In this document: in pieces, positions 8,881 to 17,843 of the stretch
Layout of the letters: each line of letters starts with the position of its first letter
Position numbering within the stretch: the first letter of the stretch is position 1
Assembly: GCF_008000775.2 (NCBI RefSeq)
Contig: NZ_CP042905.2
Location: 3,420,001-3,452,000, forward strand
Source: Promethearchaeum syntrophicum
GTDB taxonomy: Archaea; Asgardarchaeota; Lokiarchaeia; Sigyniarchaeales; Promethearchaeaceae
Direction: 5' to 3'
DNA: 32,000 bases
The notes under the pieces: model-generated
What the model was told of the DNA's origin: nothing
What the model saw: the letters and a program-made list of their open reading frames with translations, nothing else
The model's database searches: none
Position numbers and translations under genes: made by a program

Positions 8881-10152
8881 GTGATAATTATCACACTTCA
8901 ATCAGATAAATCCAAAAATAATGAGTTTAATGAGGCATATTCGGGGAAAACATCATCAAAAAAACATAACATAAAAGAAAACTCTATTGATATCCTTGAA
9001 AACAAATCCCCTACAACTCAAAAGGCTTTACCTTATAATGTTATTTACCCTAATAAAAATCAACAGATTTATTACCCAGTTCTTGAGTTTGAAGGAGAAA
9101 ATTTGGAGAAAATTAACGAATTAGAATTGATACGCTTAGCAGTTGAGAGAGATCGACTCTCTGGTTCAAAGCATGTTTCAACATTTTATTTTTTTAGCCC
9201 ACCAGGTCTAGGAAAAACAGTGTTAGGTAGTTTTTTAGCAGCATGTTATAAATGTCCATATCAAATTGTAAATTGTGTAAATTCTATGATAGATCTTGAT
9301 TTATTAGGGAGTCAAATCCTTATAGGAGAAGGAACAAAATGGCAAGATGGTCCTATTCCTTCGATTATTCGTGCAGCAAATCATCATAAAATGGCAATTT
9401 TAATTATTAATGAATTAAATGCACTAACAGTAAATGCACAGATGGGTCTTAATCCTTTATTAGATAAGCAACAAGGAGTAATACTGACCCAAAATAATAA
9501 TGAATTTGTAAATCTATCTGAGGATAGCCAACTTTTAATCATAGCAACAATGAATCCAGATGTTATGGGAATAAATGATTTACAAGCTTCCGTTCGAGAT
9601 CGTGCTTCAGCAATTATTGAAATGAGCTATCCTTCTCTTGAAAAAGAATCATGGTTAATTCAACAGCTTACAGGATTGGATCAAAAATGGGCTCTAATGT
9701 ATTGTGAAGTTATTGCAGAATGTAGGAGAGCAAAATTTATCGATAACACAGTAACAAAGGCTCCAAGTACTCGCGCTATTATTGACTGGATTAATTATTC
9801 AAAAGTTTGGGGGGCGATGTTGTCATTTAAATTGACCATAGCCAATCGCTACTGTGCAGGAGATAATGAAATGGAAAAAAAAATATTGATACGAATTGCC
9901 ACAGGAAAGGGAGTTCAAAAATGGAAAATCCCAAAAGATGAAGATAAATTTAAGGAGATAAAATATCAAGATAGATTTCATTTTCCAACTAGCCAACCAA
10001 TGAAAAAAAAGAAACCTACTGAACTTGGGAAAAAAGGCTTGACACCAAGACAGAAAAAAGAAATCAAACAGCAAAAATTAGCTCAGAAATTAAATTTAGT
10101 CCCCTTGGATAATTTCTTTGGAAAGAAAGATAAAAAGTCTGTCATTAAATAA
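8881..10152 (+). CDS. AAA+ ATPase of the AAA_5/MoxR (CbbQ/NorQ/CobS-like) class, with an N-terminal ~95-aa extension and a basic C-terminal tail.
   Basis: Walker A is SPPGLGKT (9196..9219). The Walker B position reads IINELN, with Asn-Glu instead of Asp-Glu (9409..9414). Sensor-1 is IIATMNP, followed by SVRDRASAI. The GTG start is forced: an in-frame TAG immediately precedes it and there is no in-frame ATG before the P-loop. Confidence 0.8.
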   Translation: MIIITLQSDKSKNNEFNEAYSGKTSSKKHNIKENSIDILENKSPTTQKALPYNVIYPNKNQQIYYPVLEFEGENLEKINELELIRLAVERDRLSGSKHVSTFYFFSPPGLGKTVLGSFLAACYKCPYQIVNCVNSMIDLDLLGSQILIGEGTKWQDGPIPSIIRAANHHKMAILIINELNALTVNAQMGLNPLLDKQQGVILTQNNNEFVNLSEDSQLLIIATMNPDVMGINDLQASVRDRASAIIEMSYPSLEKESWLIQQLTGLDQKWALMYCEVIAECRRAKFIDNTVTKAPSTRAIIDWINYSKVWGAMLSFKLTIANRYCAGDNEMEKKILIRIATGKGVQKWKIPKDEDKFKEIKYQDRFHFPTSQPMKKKKPTELGKKGLTPRQKKEIKQQKLAQKLNLVPLDNFFGKKDKKSVIK

Positions 10153-10204
10153 AGAGTTACATAAATGCATAATCATTAAATATATGATGGGAAATAATTA
10201 AATT

Positions 10205-11029
10205 ATGAAATTAGATTTAGAGAAAGTTAACGATGGTTTGTTTAGTAGGTGGTGGATTTATATAGATTGTGAAAATTTTATTTATCAAAAAAATGTTCCA
10301 GAAAATGATGTAAAAGACGATGATATATTAATTCATAAAGAAATTAAAGAGGGAGAGACATTTCCAACCCTACGTTATCATACAATTTTAGATGAAGATG
10401 TATTAGAAATTGATGGAAAGATAGCCAGAGAAATGTTAAGTGCCAAATTAAAAGAATTTATATTAAAACATAAAAAAATCCCGTATTCCGTTGATTTTAA
10501 TAAAATACAAAAAAATGGATTAGTAATTTTCAAGTATTCACCAACCAAATTTGATAATTTTCAGCTCAAAATACCGGTATCAGATTTTGATTTAGAGAAA
10601 GATGAAGCGGAAGAATTTTTCACAAATATTGAGAATTTGGAAGGAATTCCTGTAGATGGAGAATTAAAGATTAATTTAATGCCTGATAATCCAGTTATTG
10701 AAAAAATCGCTTCAGAGAGTGGTGCAAATCGAGTATATATTTTTGAAGCGGAAGTAAAAGAGATGGAAAAGAGAAGTTCTGAATATATGGGCCACGTAAG
10801 TGAATTCTTTATTCTAGATCTTCAAAAAGGAAAAGCTGCTTCTGATAATAAGAAAAATTCAATGAAAAGAGATTTTGAGAGAGTAATAGTCAAAATTAGT
10901 GAGAAAACATTAACGACAGCAGAAATTAAAGTTGGAGATAAAGTATCCCTAAGTGGAAAAACAAAAATGAACAATGAATTTAAGTTTATTATTCAAAATA
11001 TACGTAAAATCACTAAGAATGAAGAATAA
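10205..11029 (+). CDS. Hypothetical protein with no recognised domain. It lies on the same strand, 52 bp downstream of the AAA_5 ATPase.
   Basis: 274-aa ORF with coding-like composition and no TM segments. I recognise no motifs. Confidence 0.6.
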   Translation: MKLDLEKVNDGLFSRWWIYIDCENFIYQKNVPENDVKDDDILIHKEIKEGETFPTLRYHTILDEDVLEIDGKIAREMLSAKLKEFILKHKKIPYSVDFNKIQKNGLVIFKYSPTKFDNFQLKIPVSDFDLEKDEAEEFFTNIENLEGIPVDGELKINLMPDNPVIEKIASESGANRVYIFEAEVKEMEKRSSEYMGHVSEFFILDLQKGKAASDNKKNSMKRDFERVIVKISEKTLTTAEIKVGDKVSLSGKTKMNNEFKFIIQNIRKITKNEE

Positions 11030-11030
11030 T

Positions 11031-11312
11031 TTAAAATACAATTTCAAAATCTTGAAATCCTTCTTCTTTTACATCGAAATAATGTTCTACATTGGTAACT
11101 TTAGCGTATTTTGGCCCTTTTTTTAACCATTCTAACATTTTATCGATCTTTTCTTTTGCTCCTTCACAGGCAACCTCAACTTTACCATCCCATCTATTTT
11201 TAACCCACCCAGTTAAACCCAGTTCATATGCTTTATTCTTAGTATTAACTCGGAAAAAAACTCCTTGAACTCTTCCACTAATAATAGCATACAACTTCAA
11301 TTTTTCCACCAA
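11031..11312 (-). CDS. acyP: Acylphosphatase.
   Basis: The protein is 93 aa. It carries the signature ISGRVQGVFFR and GLTGWVKNRWDGKVEV, and the length is typical of the family. Confidence 0.9.
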   Translation of the reverse strand: MVEKLKLYAIISGRVQGVFFRVNTKNKAYELGLTGWVKNRWDGKVEVACEGAKEKIDKMLEWLKKGPKYAKVTNVEHYFDVKEEGFQDFEIVF

Positions 11313-11329
11313 ATAAAATTATATTTTTA

Positions 11330-12517
11330 TTATTCAAATGAAACACCGATTGCGTTTCCAATGCCCAAAATCAGAACAATTTCATTAGGTTTTGTTTGTG
11401 AACGTATTATTTTCTTTAAAGTTCTAATAATTTTTGGAATCGCTAATTTTATCGGTTCACTCATTGGGGAAACGGCTTCTTCTAAGCTTTCTCTGCATAC
11501 AACGGCCTCAAATGGGATAGAAGGGGATTCTTTCATACATAATGTTTCAATTTGGAATTTTTCGATCATATTATGTGAATCTCCTCCAATTACAATACCT
11601 AAACCTTGCGCAACAGTTCCAAGTTTTTCACCTTCTAGACGAGTCATAGCGTCTACAGTAATTACGATAGAAGGATGTTGATTCTTTTCGCGCAATTCAA
11701 TAATAACATTTTCAACCGCTTCTCCTATATTTCCCACAATAGCATCAGGTCCCTTAGGGCGTAAGCATACACATTTACGGTTTTCATAAGATATTTCAGA
11801 TGAATAGATTCCATTTGAGCGTTCATGCAAATTTCGCTCGAGGTCAAGGGCTCTATTATTTTTTTGAATTTCTTTAATGAATTCATTAACTGAAAGTGGA
11901 CCTATTGAATCTCCAATTGGTTGCTTATCTTTAAAAGAATCTAATGCCGTTCTATAAGCACGTGCTTTTACCATCATTTGTGTTAAATCTGATGCAGATG
12001 AAAGCAAAAACAGATAGCTTTTTGTTCTTTCACCAATTATTAAATTGTGTCGGATTTTTTTATGAAGATTATGAATTTCTGTTGTAGCATTCAGTAATGC
12101 AGAAATTGTTGCTAGTGAACTTCTATCAATATTTGGGAGAAATTGTTTAATTAATTGGGAAAGTCTCTCTTCTCGATATGACATTACATATCGCAATTTC
12201 TCATATATAGGAGGATCTAATTGAGACGGCGGAATTACAAAGAAATCTAACATTTTATTAATGAATTCTGTTATTTCACGAGGAGTAATACCTTCAGATG
12301 ATCTTGGTTCAATAATATTTTGGATCAGATTAATCCCATGTTTCTTCCATTTGTTCAATCTCTTCAAGGATTTTTTAATCTGTTGTCCTGCGTACCATCC
12401 CTGCCAATTTTGCCCGTAGAAGAATACTAGAAGTAATAAAATGATGAAAAATGTTGTAAGAAACTCATTAAACTGAGCAAGAAAATCTGAAAATTGTGAC
12501 ATAAGCAATGCATACAA
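11330..12517 (-). CDS. Conserved archaeal membrane-anchored protein of unknown function, possibly of the DUF1512 type.
   Basis: 395-aa ORF with a single N-terminal TM segment (FLTTFFIILLLLVFFYG) and a soluble remainder. The family assignment is from memory of size and architecture only. Confidence 0.6.
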   Translation of the reverse strand: MYALLMSQFSDFLAQFNEFLTTFFIILLLLVFFYGQNWQGWYAGQQIKKSLKRLNKWKKHGINLIQNIIEPRSSEGITPREITEFINKMLDFFVIPPSQLDPPIYEKLRYVMSYREERLSQLIKQFLPNIDRSSLATISALLNATTEIHNLHKKIRHNLIIGERTKSYLFLLSSASDLTQMMVKARAYRTALDSFKDKQPIGDSIGPLSVNEFIKEIQKNNRALDLERNLHERSNGIYSSEISYENRKCVCLRPKGPDAIVGNIGEAVENVIIELREKNQHPSIVITVDAMTRLEGEKLGTVAQGLGIVIGGDSHNMIEKFQIETLCMKESPSIPFEAVVCRESLEEAVSPMSEPIKLAIPKIIRTLKKIIRSQTKPNEIVLILGIGNAIGVSFE

Positions 12518-12598
12518 TTATTTTATTTAGTAAAACATAGGTAATTTCCAAATAAAAATACATACTTATAATTTTCATAATTTACTAATATCAAAATA

Positions 12599-13069
12599 AT
12601 GGCTGATTTTCCCCGAAATGAATTCATTTATGATCTTATTGGATTAGGAGGAACTTTTGATCAGTTTCATTTAGGTCACGCAGAACTAATTAAAACTGCT
12701 TTTAGATTTGGGAAACATGTGGCAATCGGGTTAACCACTGAAAAATTATTAGATAACAAAATAATGAAAGAAAAAATTCACTCTTATACTCAAAGAGAAC
12801 AAAACTTAAAAAAATATATTCAAGATGAAATTGGTGTTTCAAAGCAAAACTACACAATAATTCCCTTAAATGATCCTTTCGGCCCTGCAATTACAGATGA
12901 AAACCTTCAAGCTCATGTAAGTAGCATGGAAACTTATAAAATTGCAATAAAAATTAATGAAATCCGAATAAAAAAGGGATTACCGCCTTTAGTTTTGATT
13001 GTAATCCCAATAATTTTAAATCAATCTGGAAACAAGTATAGTTCTAGTGAAATTCGGAAGAATTCGTAA
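12599..13069 (+). CDS. Phosphopantetheine adenylyltransferase, archaeal/eukaryal type (cytidylyltransferase-like fold).
   Basis: The GGTFDQFHLGH (HxGH) nucleotidyltransferase motif is present. The ~156-aa size and C-terminal SSSEIR are typical of archaeal PPAT (COG1019 class). Confidence 0.8.
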   Translation: MADFPRNEFIYDLIGLGGTFDQFHLGHAELIKTAFRFGKHVAIGLTTEKLLDNKIMKEKIHSYTQREQNLKKYIQDEIGVSKQNYTIIPLNDPFGPAITDENLQAHVSSMETYKIAIKINEIRIKKGLPPLVLIVIPIILNQSGNKYSSSEIRKNS

Positions 13070-13098
13070 ATATAAAATTTAATGGCATTCTTATAATT

Positions 13099-14664
13099 TT
13101 GATAATTTTGAAAATATCAATAAAAACTGAACATTTCGCAATTCTTCAGAAATTACAAAAAATTAGAAAACCAATCGAAGCACGTAGTCTAAGTGAAAAA
13201 TTGAAAATTCCCTATGAAAAATTGATGTCTGGAGCAATTTTTTCACTAGAACAAGTAGGTTTGGCTAAATTTCAAGAAGAAGAATTGGAATTAATAACAT
13301 TAACCAAGGAAGCAAAAAGCTATCTTAATTTAGGACTCCCGGAACGACAAATCTTTAATATGCTGGGAAAAAATGATCGAAAAGAAGTCAAATTGCTGGA
13401 TTTCGCAAAAGAAATTGAAGAGAAATTAAATTTTCAAAAGAGATTATTTTTTGTTGGAATTTCAAAGATGAAGAAAAATCGGTGGATACTTTCTTCAAAA
13501 TCGATGGGATATGAACAAATTTTTATTAACAAGGAATCACCAGAAAAAACTGAAGAGGAACAAGTGCTAGATTTATTTAAAGACAAAATTTCATATTCGT
13601 TATCAGAAATACCTAAAAAATTACGTGAAGCAATAAATTCAATATACAATCGTAAGTTAGTCAAAAAAAACAAAAGAATATTGCGGTTAGTAGAATTGAC
13701 TCCAAAAGGTAAAATAATTACAAAAGAAGAACTTCAATTAATTGATGAAGAAATCAACTTGATATCAAGTGAGATGTTAAAAGATGGATCTTGGAAGAAA
13801 AACCTATCAAATCTAAAAAATTATGAAGTAAATGCATTAGGCCCAAATATAACTGCAGGAAAATATCATCCATTAACAATTATTATAAATGAAGTTCGTG
13901 AGGTATTTCATTCAATGGGTTTCGAAGAAATTAAAGGTCCAATTGTTGAAGAAGCATTTTATAATTTCGATTGTTTATTCCAACCTCAAGATCACCCAGC
14001 TCGTGAAATGCAAGATACTTTTTATTTAAAAAATCCTGCTGAGGGAAAATTACCCAAGAAAAAAATTGTTGAGGTCATAAAAAATACACATGAAAATGGG
14101 GGGACCACTGGTTCAACTGGTTGGGGATATAAATGGTCTGAAGAGATTGCAAAAAAAATGTTGCTAAGAACACACACTACAGCTACGACAATTCGGCGTT
14201 TATCTCACATAACGAAAAAATCAAAACTCCCGATGAAAGTCTTCTGTGTAGATAGAGTTTTTAGAAATGAAAGTGAAGACAAGACCCATCTTGCTCAATT
14301 TATGCAAATTGATGGAATAGTAATTGGAGAAAATTTGACATTATCCGATTTAATCGGTCAATTAGTTGAGTTTTACAAACGGATGGGTTTTGAAAAGGTT
14401 GTAACCCGTCCAGGTTTCTTTCCTTATACCGAACCATCAATGGAAATATCTGTTTATTCAAAAGAACTTGGAGCTTGGTTAGAAATGGGAGGAAGTGGAA
14501 TGTTTCGGCCCGAAGTAACCTATGCATGGGGAGTTAAAGATCCCGTTCGAGTTTTGGCATGGGGAATGGGATTAGAAAGACTTGCGATGCTAAAACTGAA
14601 ACGAAATGATATTAGAGATCTGTATCAAAGCCCAATAGAATGGTTAAGGGAGGCTTCATATTAA
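13099..14664 (+). CDS. pheS: Phenylalanine--tRNA ligase alpha subunit (archaeal/eukaryal type).
   Basis: Class II aaRS motifs are present: HPLT...FQPQDHPAREMQDTFY, LLRTHTT, FRNE...DKTHLAQFMQIDG and GMGLERLAML. An N-terminal winged-helix extension is present. The start is a forced TTG (13099 or 13108), because there is no in-frame ATG upstream of conserved sequence. Confidence 0.95.
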   Translation: MIILKISIKTEHFAILQKLQKIRKPIEARSLSEKLKIPYEKLMSGAIFSLEQVGLAKFQEEELELITLTKEAKSYLNLGLPERQIFNMLGKNDRKEVKLLDFAKEIEEKLNFQKRLFFVGISKMKKNRWILSSKSMGYEQIFINKESPEKTEEEQVLDLFKDKISYSLSEIPKKLREAINSIYNRKLVKKNKRILRLVELTPKGKIITKEELQLIDEEINLISSEMLKDGSWKKNLSNLKNYEVNALGPNITAGKYHPLTIIINEVREVFHSMGFEEIKGPIVEEAFYNFDCLFQPQDHPAREMQDTFYLKNPAEGKLPKKKIVEVIKNTHENGGTTGSTGWGYKWSEEIAKKMLLRTHTTATTIRRLSHITKKSKLPMKVFCVDRVFRNESEDKTHLAQFMQIDGIVIGENLTLSDLIGQLVEFYKRMGFEKVVTRPGFFPYTEPSMEISVYSKELGAWLEMGGSGMFRPEVTYAWGVKDPVRVLAWGMGLERLAMLKLKRNDIRDLYQSPIEWLREASY

Positions 14665-14665
14665 A

Positions 14666-16360
14666 ATGCCCTCATTAACATTAAAATTGGATCGATTGGA
14701 AAAACTTGTAGGAAAAGAATTGAAAATCGAGGATTTAGAATATGATTTACAATGGATTGGATTGGATGTTGATGATGTAAATCAAGAAGAAAATGAAATT
14801 AAAGTCGAATACGATCCTAACCGTCCCGATTATTCTAGTCCAGAAGGAATTGCAAGGAGTCTTAAGGGTTATTATCAACTAGAAACCGGTTTACCAGAAT
14901 TTCAAATTAATGAAGGAACTGAAAAAATAAAAGTAAATCCAAAAGTTCGAGACATAAGACCTTATGTTGTTGGCGCTATTGTCCGTAATATTGATTTAGA
15001 TGAGGACCAAGTAGGAACATTAATGAATATTCAAGAAGCATTACATTGGGCATTAGGTAGAGATAGAAAGAAGGTAGCGATTGGAATACATGATTACGAT
15101 CAGGTTAAGGGACCTTATATTTATACTACAGTTAAACCTGAGGGAGTAAAATTCCGTCCACTTCATATGGAGGCATATGAAATGACACCTAAAGAAATAT
15201 TGGAAGAACATGAAATGGGAATAAGATATGCCCATTTATTAAAAGATGCGAGAGAATACCCAATAATTTATGATGCTGAAGGAAAGGTTGTCTCTCTTCC
15301 TCCTATTATTAACGGTACGTATACTACTGTTACTGAAAAAACAAGAAATCTTCTTTTAGATTTAACAGGTACTGATTTCAATGCAGTTAATTATTCTTTA
15401 AATATCATTGCCGCAACATTTGCTGATATGGGTGCAAATCTCGAAACAATAGATGTTATTTATGATGATAAACCAGAAGAAATTATAAAAGTTCCTGATT
15501 TCACACCTCAAAAGATGCAAGTAAATATAAATTACATCAATTCATATCTGGGATTAAAATTATCAGCTAGTGATATAATAAAGTGCTTGAATAAGGTTCG
15601 CTTGGATGCTTCTAAAACAAAAGATAAACATAAAATGAATGTAAAGATTCCAGCTTTTCGTTGTGATTTCATGCATGAAGTGGATATAGTTGAAGAGGTC
15701 GCTATTGGATATGGTTATCAGAACTTAATTCCAATTGTTAAGGAAGGAGGATTTGGAAAATACCATCCAGCCGAGGTTTTTGCAAATAAATCTCGTGATA
15801 TTATGATTGGGGCAGGACATCTTGAAATGGTAAATTCAACACTGTCTTCACAGAAGGATTATGAAAATCTTGGGCTAAAATTTGATGAAAAGGAACAGAT
15901 TGTTCTTTTAAATCCCGTTTCAGAAAAATTTAATACAACACGTGCAAATCTATTAGTTGGTTTAATGAAAAATCTTGCTTTTAATCGTTCAGCAGAGAAA
16001 CCTTTCTATCTATTTGAGGTAGGTGATATTCTTCAATTGAATAAAACTCGAGATGTGGGAGCAAGTAGAGAATTGCATTTAGGAGCAATAACTCTTTCAG
16101 AAAGAGCGGATTATTCTCAAATTAAATCGCTTCTAGATCACTATTTTCGCACTTTAGGAGTTTTAGATGGAATTATTGTCAAACCGTGTTCCAATCCAAC
16201 TTTTATAGAAGGTCGAACTGGAGAAATTTATTATAAGAAAAAGAAAATTGGATTAGTTGGAGAAATTTACCCACAAGTGATCCTCAATTTTGGATTAAAC
16301 TATCCCGTTGCAGCATTTGAAATCAATTTAATGCCATTTTTCAAGGACCAAGAAGAATAA
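14666..16360 (+). CDS. pheT: Phenylalanine--tRNA ligase beta subunit (archaeal type).
   Basis: The gene begins 1 nt after the pheS stop, with GGAGG upstream. B3/4 and B5 domain-like sequence is present (DPNRPDYSSPEGIARSL, RPYVVGAIVRNI). The 564-aa length is typical of archaeal PheT. Confidence 0.95.
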   Translation: MPSLTLKLDRLEKLVGKELKIEDLEYDLQWIGLDVDDVNQEENEIKVEYDPNRPDYSSPEGIARSLKGYYQLETGLPEFQINEGTEKIKVNPKVRDIRPYVVGAIVRNIDLDEDQVGTLMNIQEALHWALGRDRKKVAIGIHDYDQVKGPYIYTTVKPEGVKFRPLHMEAYEMTPKEILEEHEMGIRYAHLLKDAREYPIIYDAEGKVVSLPPIINGTYTTVTEKTRNLLLDLTGTDFNAVNYSLNIIAATFADMGANLETIDVIYDDKPEEIIKVPDFTPQKMQVNINYINSYLGLKLSASDIIKCLNKVRLDASKTKDKHKMNVKIPAFRCDFMHEVDIVEEVAIGYGYQNLIPIVKEGGFGKYHPAEVFANKSRDIMIGAGHLEMVNSTLSSQKDYENLGLKFDEKEQIVLLNPVSEKFNTTRANLLVGLMKNLAFNRSAEKPFYLFEVGDILQLNKTRDVGASRELHLGAITLSERADYSQIKSLLDHYFRTLGVLDGIIVKPCSNPTFIEGRTGEIYYKKKKIGLVGEIYPQVILNFGLNYPVAAFEINLMPFFKDQEE

Positions 16361-16381
16361 AAAAAAAATTCAATTATTTTG

Positions 16382-17110
16382 CTATAAATTGAGCAATTTT
16401 TTTATATATATTATTATTTCGGAATTTCCTTTTACCGCCAAATCTAGTAGTTGATTTAATTCATCTCTAGAAAAATTCTTCCCTTCAGCAGTGCCTTGAA
16501 TTTCTATAAATTTTCCATCTTCCGAACTGATTATATTCATATCTACTTCAGCTTGACTATCTTCGACATAAGGAAGATCTAACATTGGAATTCCTTTGAT
16601 AATTCCTACAGAGATTGCAGAAATAACACTAAATGAAGGCATTTTTACAATTATACGATTTTCAACTGCTTTTTGTATTGCATCATAAGTTGCAACGAAA
16701 GATCCAACAATTGAAGCGCAACGTGTACCACCGTCTGCTTGAATGACATCTGCATCAATTTTAATAGATATTTCTCCAATATTATCAATATCAAATGCTG
16801 CGCGTATACTTCTTCCAATTAAGCGCTGAATTTCCATACTTCTACCTGGAATTTTTCGATTTCTATCTCGATTACGGCGCCGATCTGTTGCTCTGGGAAG
16901 CATATCGTATTCAGCAGTTATCCAACCTTTTCCAGAATCTCTTAAAAATCTCGGAACTGATTCTTCAACACTAGCAGTGATAATTACTTTAGTCTCTCCT
17001 ACTTCAACAAGTACACTACCTTCAGGCCATTTTAGGTAATTTCGTGTAATTTTTAAAGGTCTAATCTCATCATTTGCTCGTCCATCTTTTCTAATTGGTG
17101 ATTCACTCAT
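16382..17110 (-). CDS. rph: Ribonuclease PH, bacterial-type.
   Basis: By eye it aligns along its full length with E. coli Rph: RPLKITRNY...EGSVLVE.G.TKV..TASVEE.VPRFL...GWITAEY.MLPR.T..R..R......GR..EIQRLIGRS.RAA...DADV.QADGGTR.AS...FVA...YVEDS.AE.DMN......G.FIE.QGTAEG..F. Confidence 0.9.
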   Translation of the reverse strand: MSESPIRKDGRANDEIRPLKITRNYLKWPEGSVLVEVGETKVIITASVEESVPRFLRDSGKGWITAEYDMLPRATDRRRNRDRNRKIPGRSMEIQRLIGRSIRAAFDIDNIGEISIKIDADVIQADGGTRCASIVGSFVATYDAIQKAVENRIIVKMPSFSVISAISVGIIKGIPMLDLPYVEDSQAEVDMNIISSEDGKFIEIQGTAEGKNFSRDELNQLLDLAVKGNSEIIIYIKKLLNL

Positions 17111-17447
17111 AAAAATGCACTTAATTTAATTATAAATACCCTAAATTAAGGTTTCATTTGAATTTTTCGACAATCTTTGATAATTTGCTTCCAATTCTTA
17201 CGGTTATCTTCTTTACTTATTATTTTACTATGATTTTCTACGTTTTGGTTTTTTTTTTATTTCACTGTCTTCTTGAATTACAACAAAATCTTTATTGTTT
17301 TTTATGTTTCCAATTAATATGATACCGTTATCCTTTCAAACCTTACGTGAACAAGCTAATTATCAATAAAATCGTATTTTAATCATATATCTTCATTATT
17401 TTCCCTATTTTTATTTTCTACATAATGTTTATTGCAAGGAAAAATAA

Positions 17448-17744
17448 ATGTTATTTATGGGAGTAGAAGTGTCTGAACTGGACCTAATCCGTTTAGTGAG
17501 AAAAGATCCTTCCGTAATTGAATTGTATTCTATGGATCCGAAAACTGAAATTTATATAAAGAAATTAGGCACAGAAGCATTGGATCTTTTACAAAAAGAA
17601 TTCCCGAATTTCCTGCCTTCAAATTTACAAAGTGTATTCAATATTAATGTAATCTCCAGTAAAATGATTTCTTCTTCAGGATATAAAAAAATTCGCTTCT
17701 ATATTTCTGTAACAGGGAAATTACTTAAACGAATTGAGAGTTAA
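17448..17744 (+). CDS. Small hypothetical protein.
   Basis: 98-aa ORF in an otherwise non-coding gap upstream of the P-type ATPase. There are several candidate starts (ATG 17448, ATG 17457, GTG 17469) and no recognised motifs. Confidence 0.4.
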   Translation: MLFMGVEVSELDLIRLVRKDPSVIELYSMDPKTEIYIKKLGTEALDLLQKEFPNFLPSNLQSVFNINVISSKMISSSGYKKIRFYISVTGKLLKRIES

Positions 17745-17843
17745 ATCTATAACATGCGGAGAAATTTTCTATTTAATTTATATGATAAAAGATAATATAT
17801 AATTATTATAAGATCTGAGTTAAGGATCAGAGTTGAGACTAAA

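Noticed and set aside
9823-10074. 83-aa minus-strand ORF.
   Set aside because: It is antisense to the Lys-rich tail of the AAA_5 ATPase and is a Phe-rich shadow.
11265-11681. 138-aa plus-strand ORF overlapping the acyP start and the 3' part of the DUF1512-like gene.
   Set aside because: It overlaps two better-supported minus-strand genes and has no motifs.
12702-15235. Short minus-strand ORFs at 12702..12890, 13434..13673, 14300..14527 and 15053..15235.
   Set aside because: All are antisense to PPAT, pheS or pheT, which have unambiguous family motifs.
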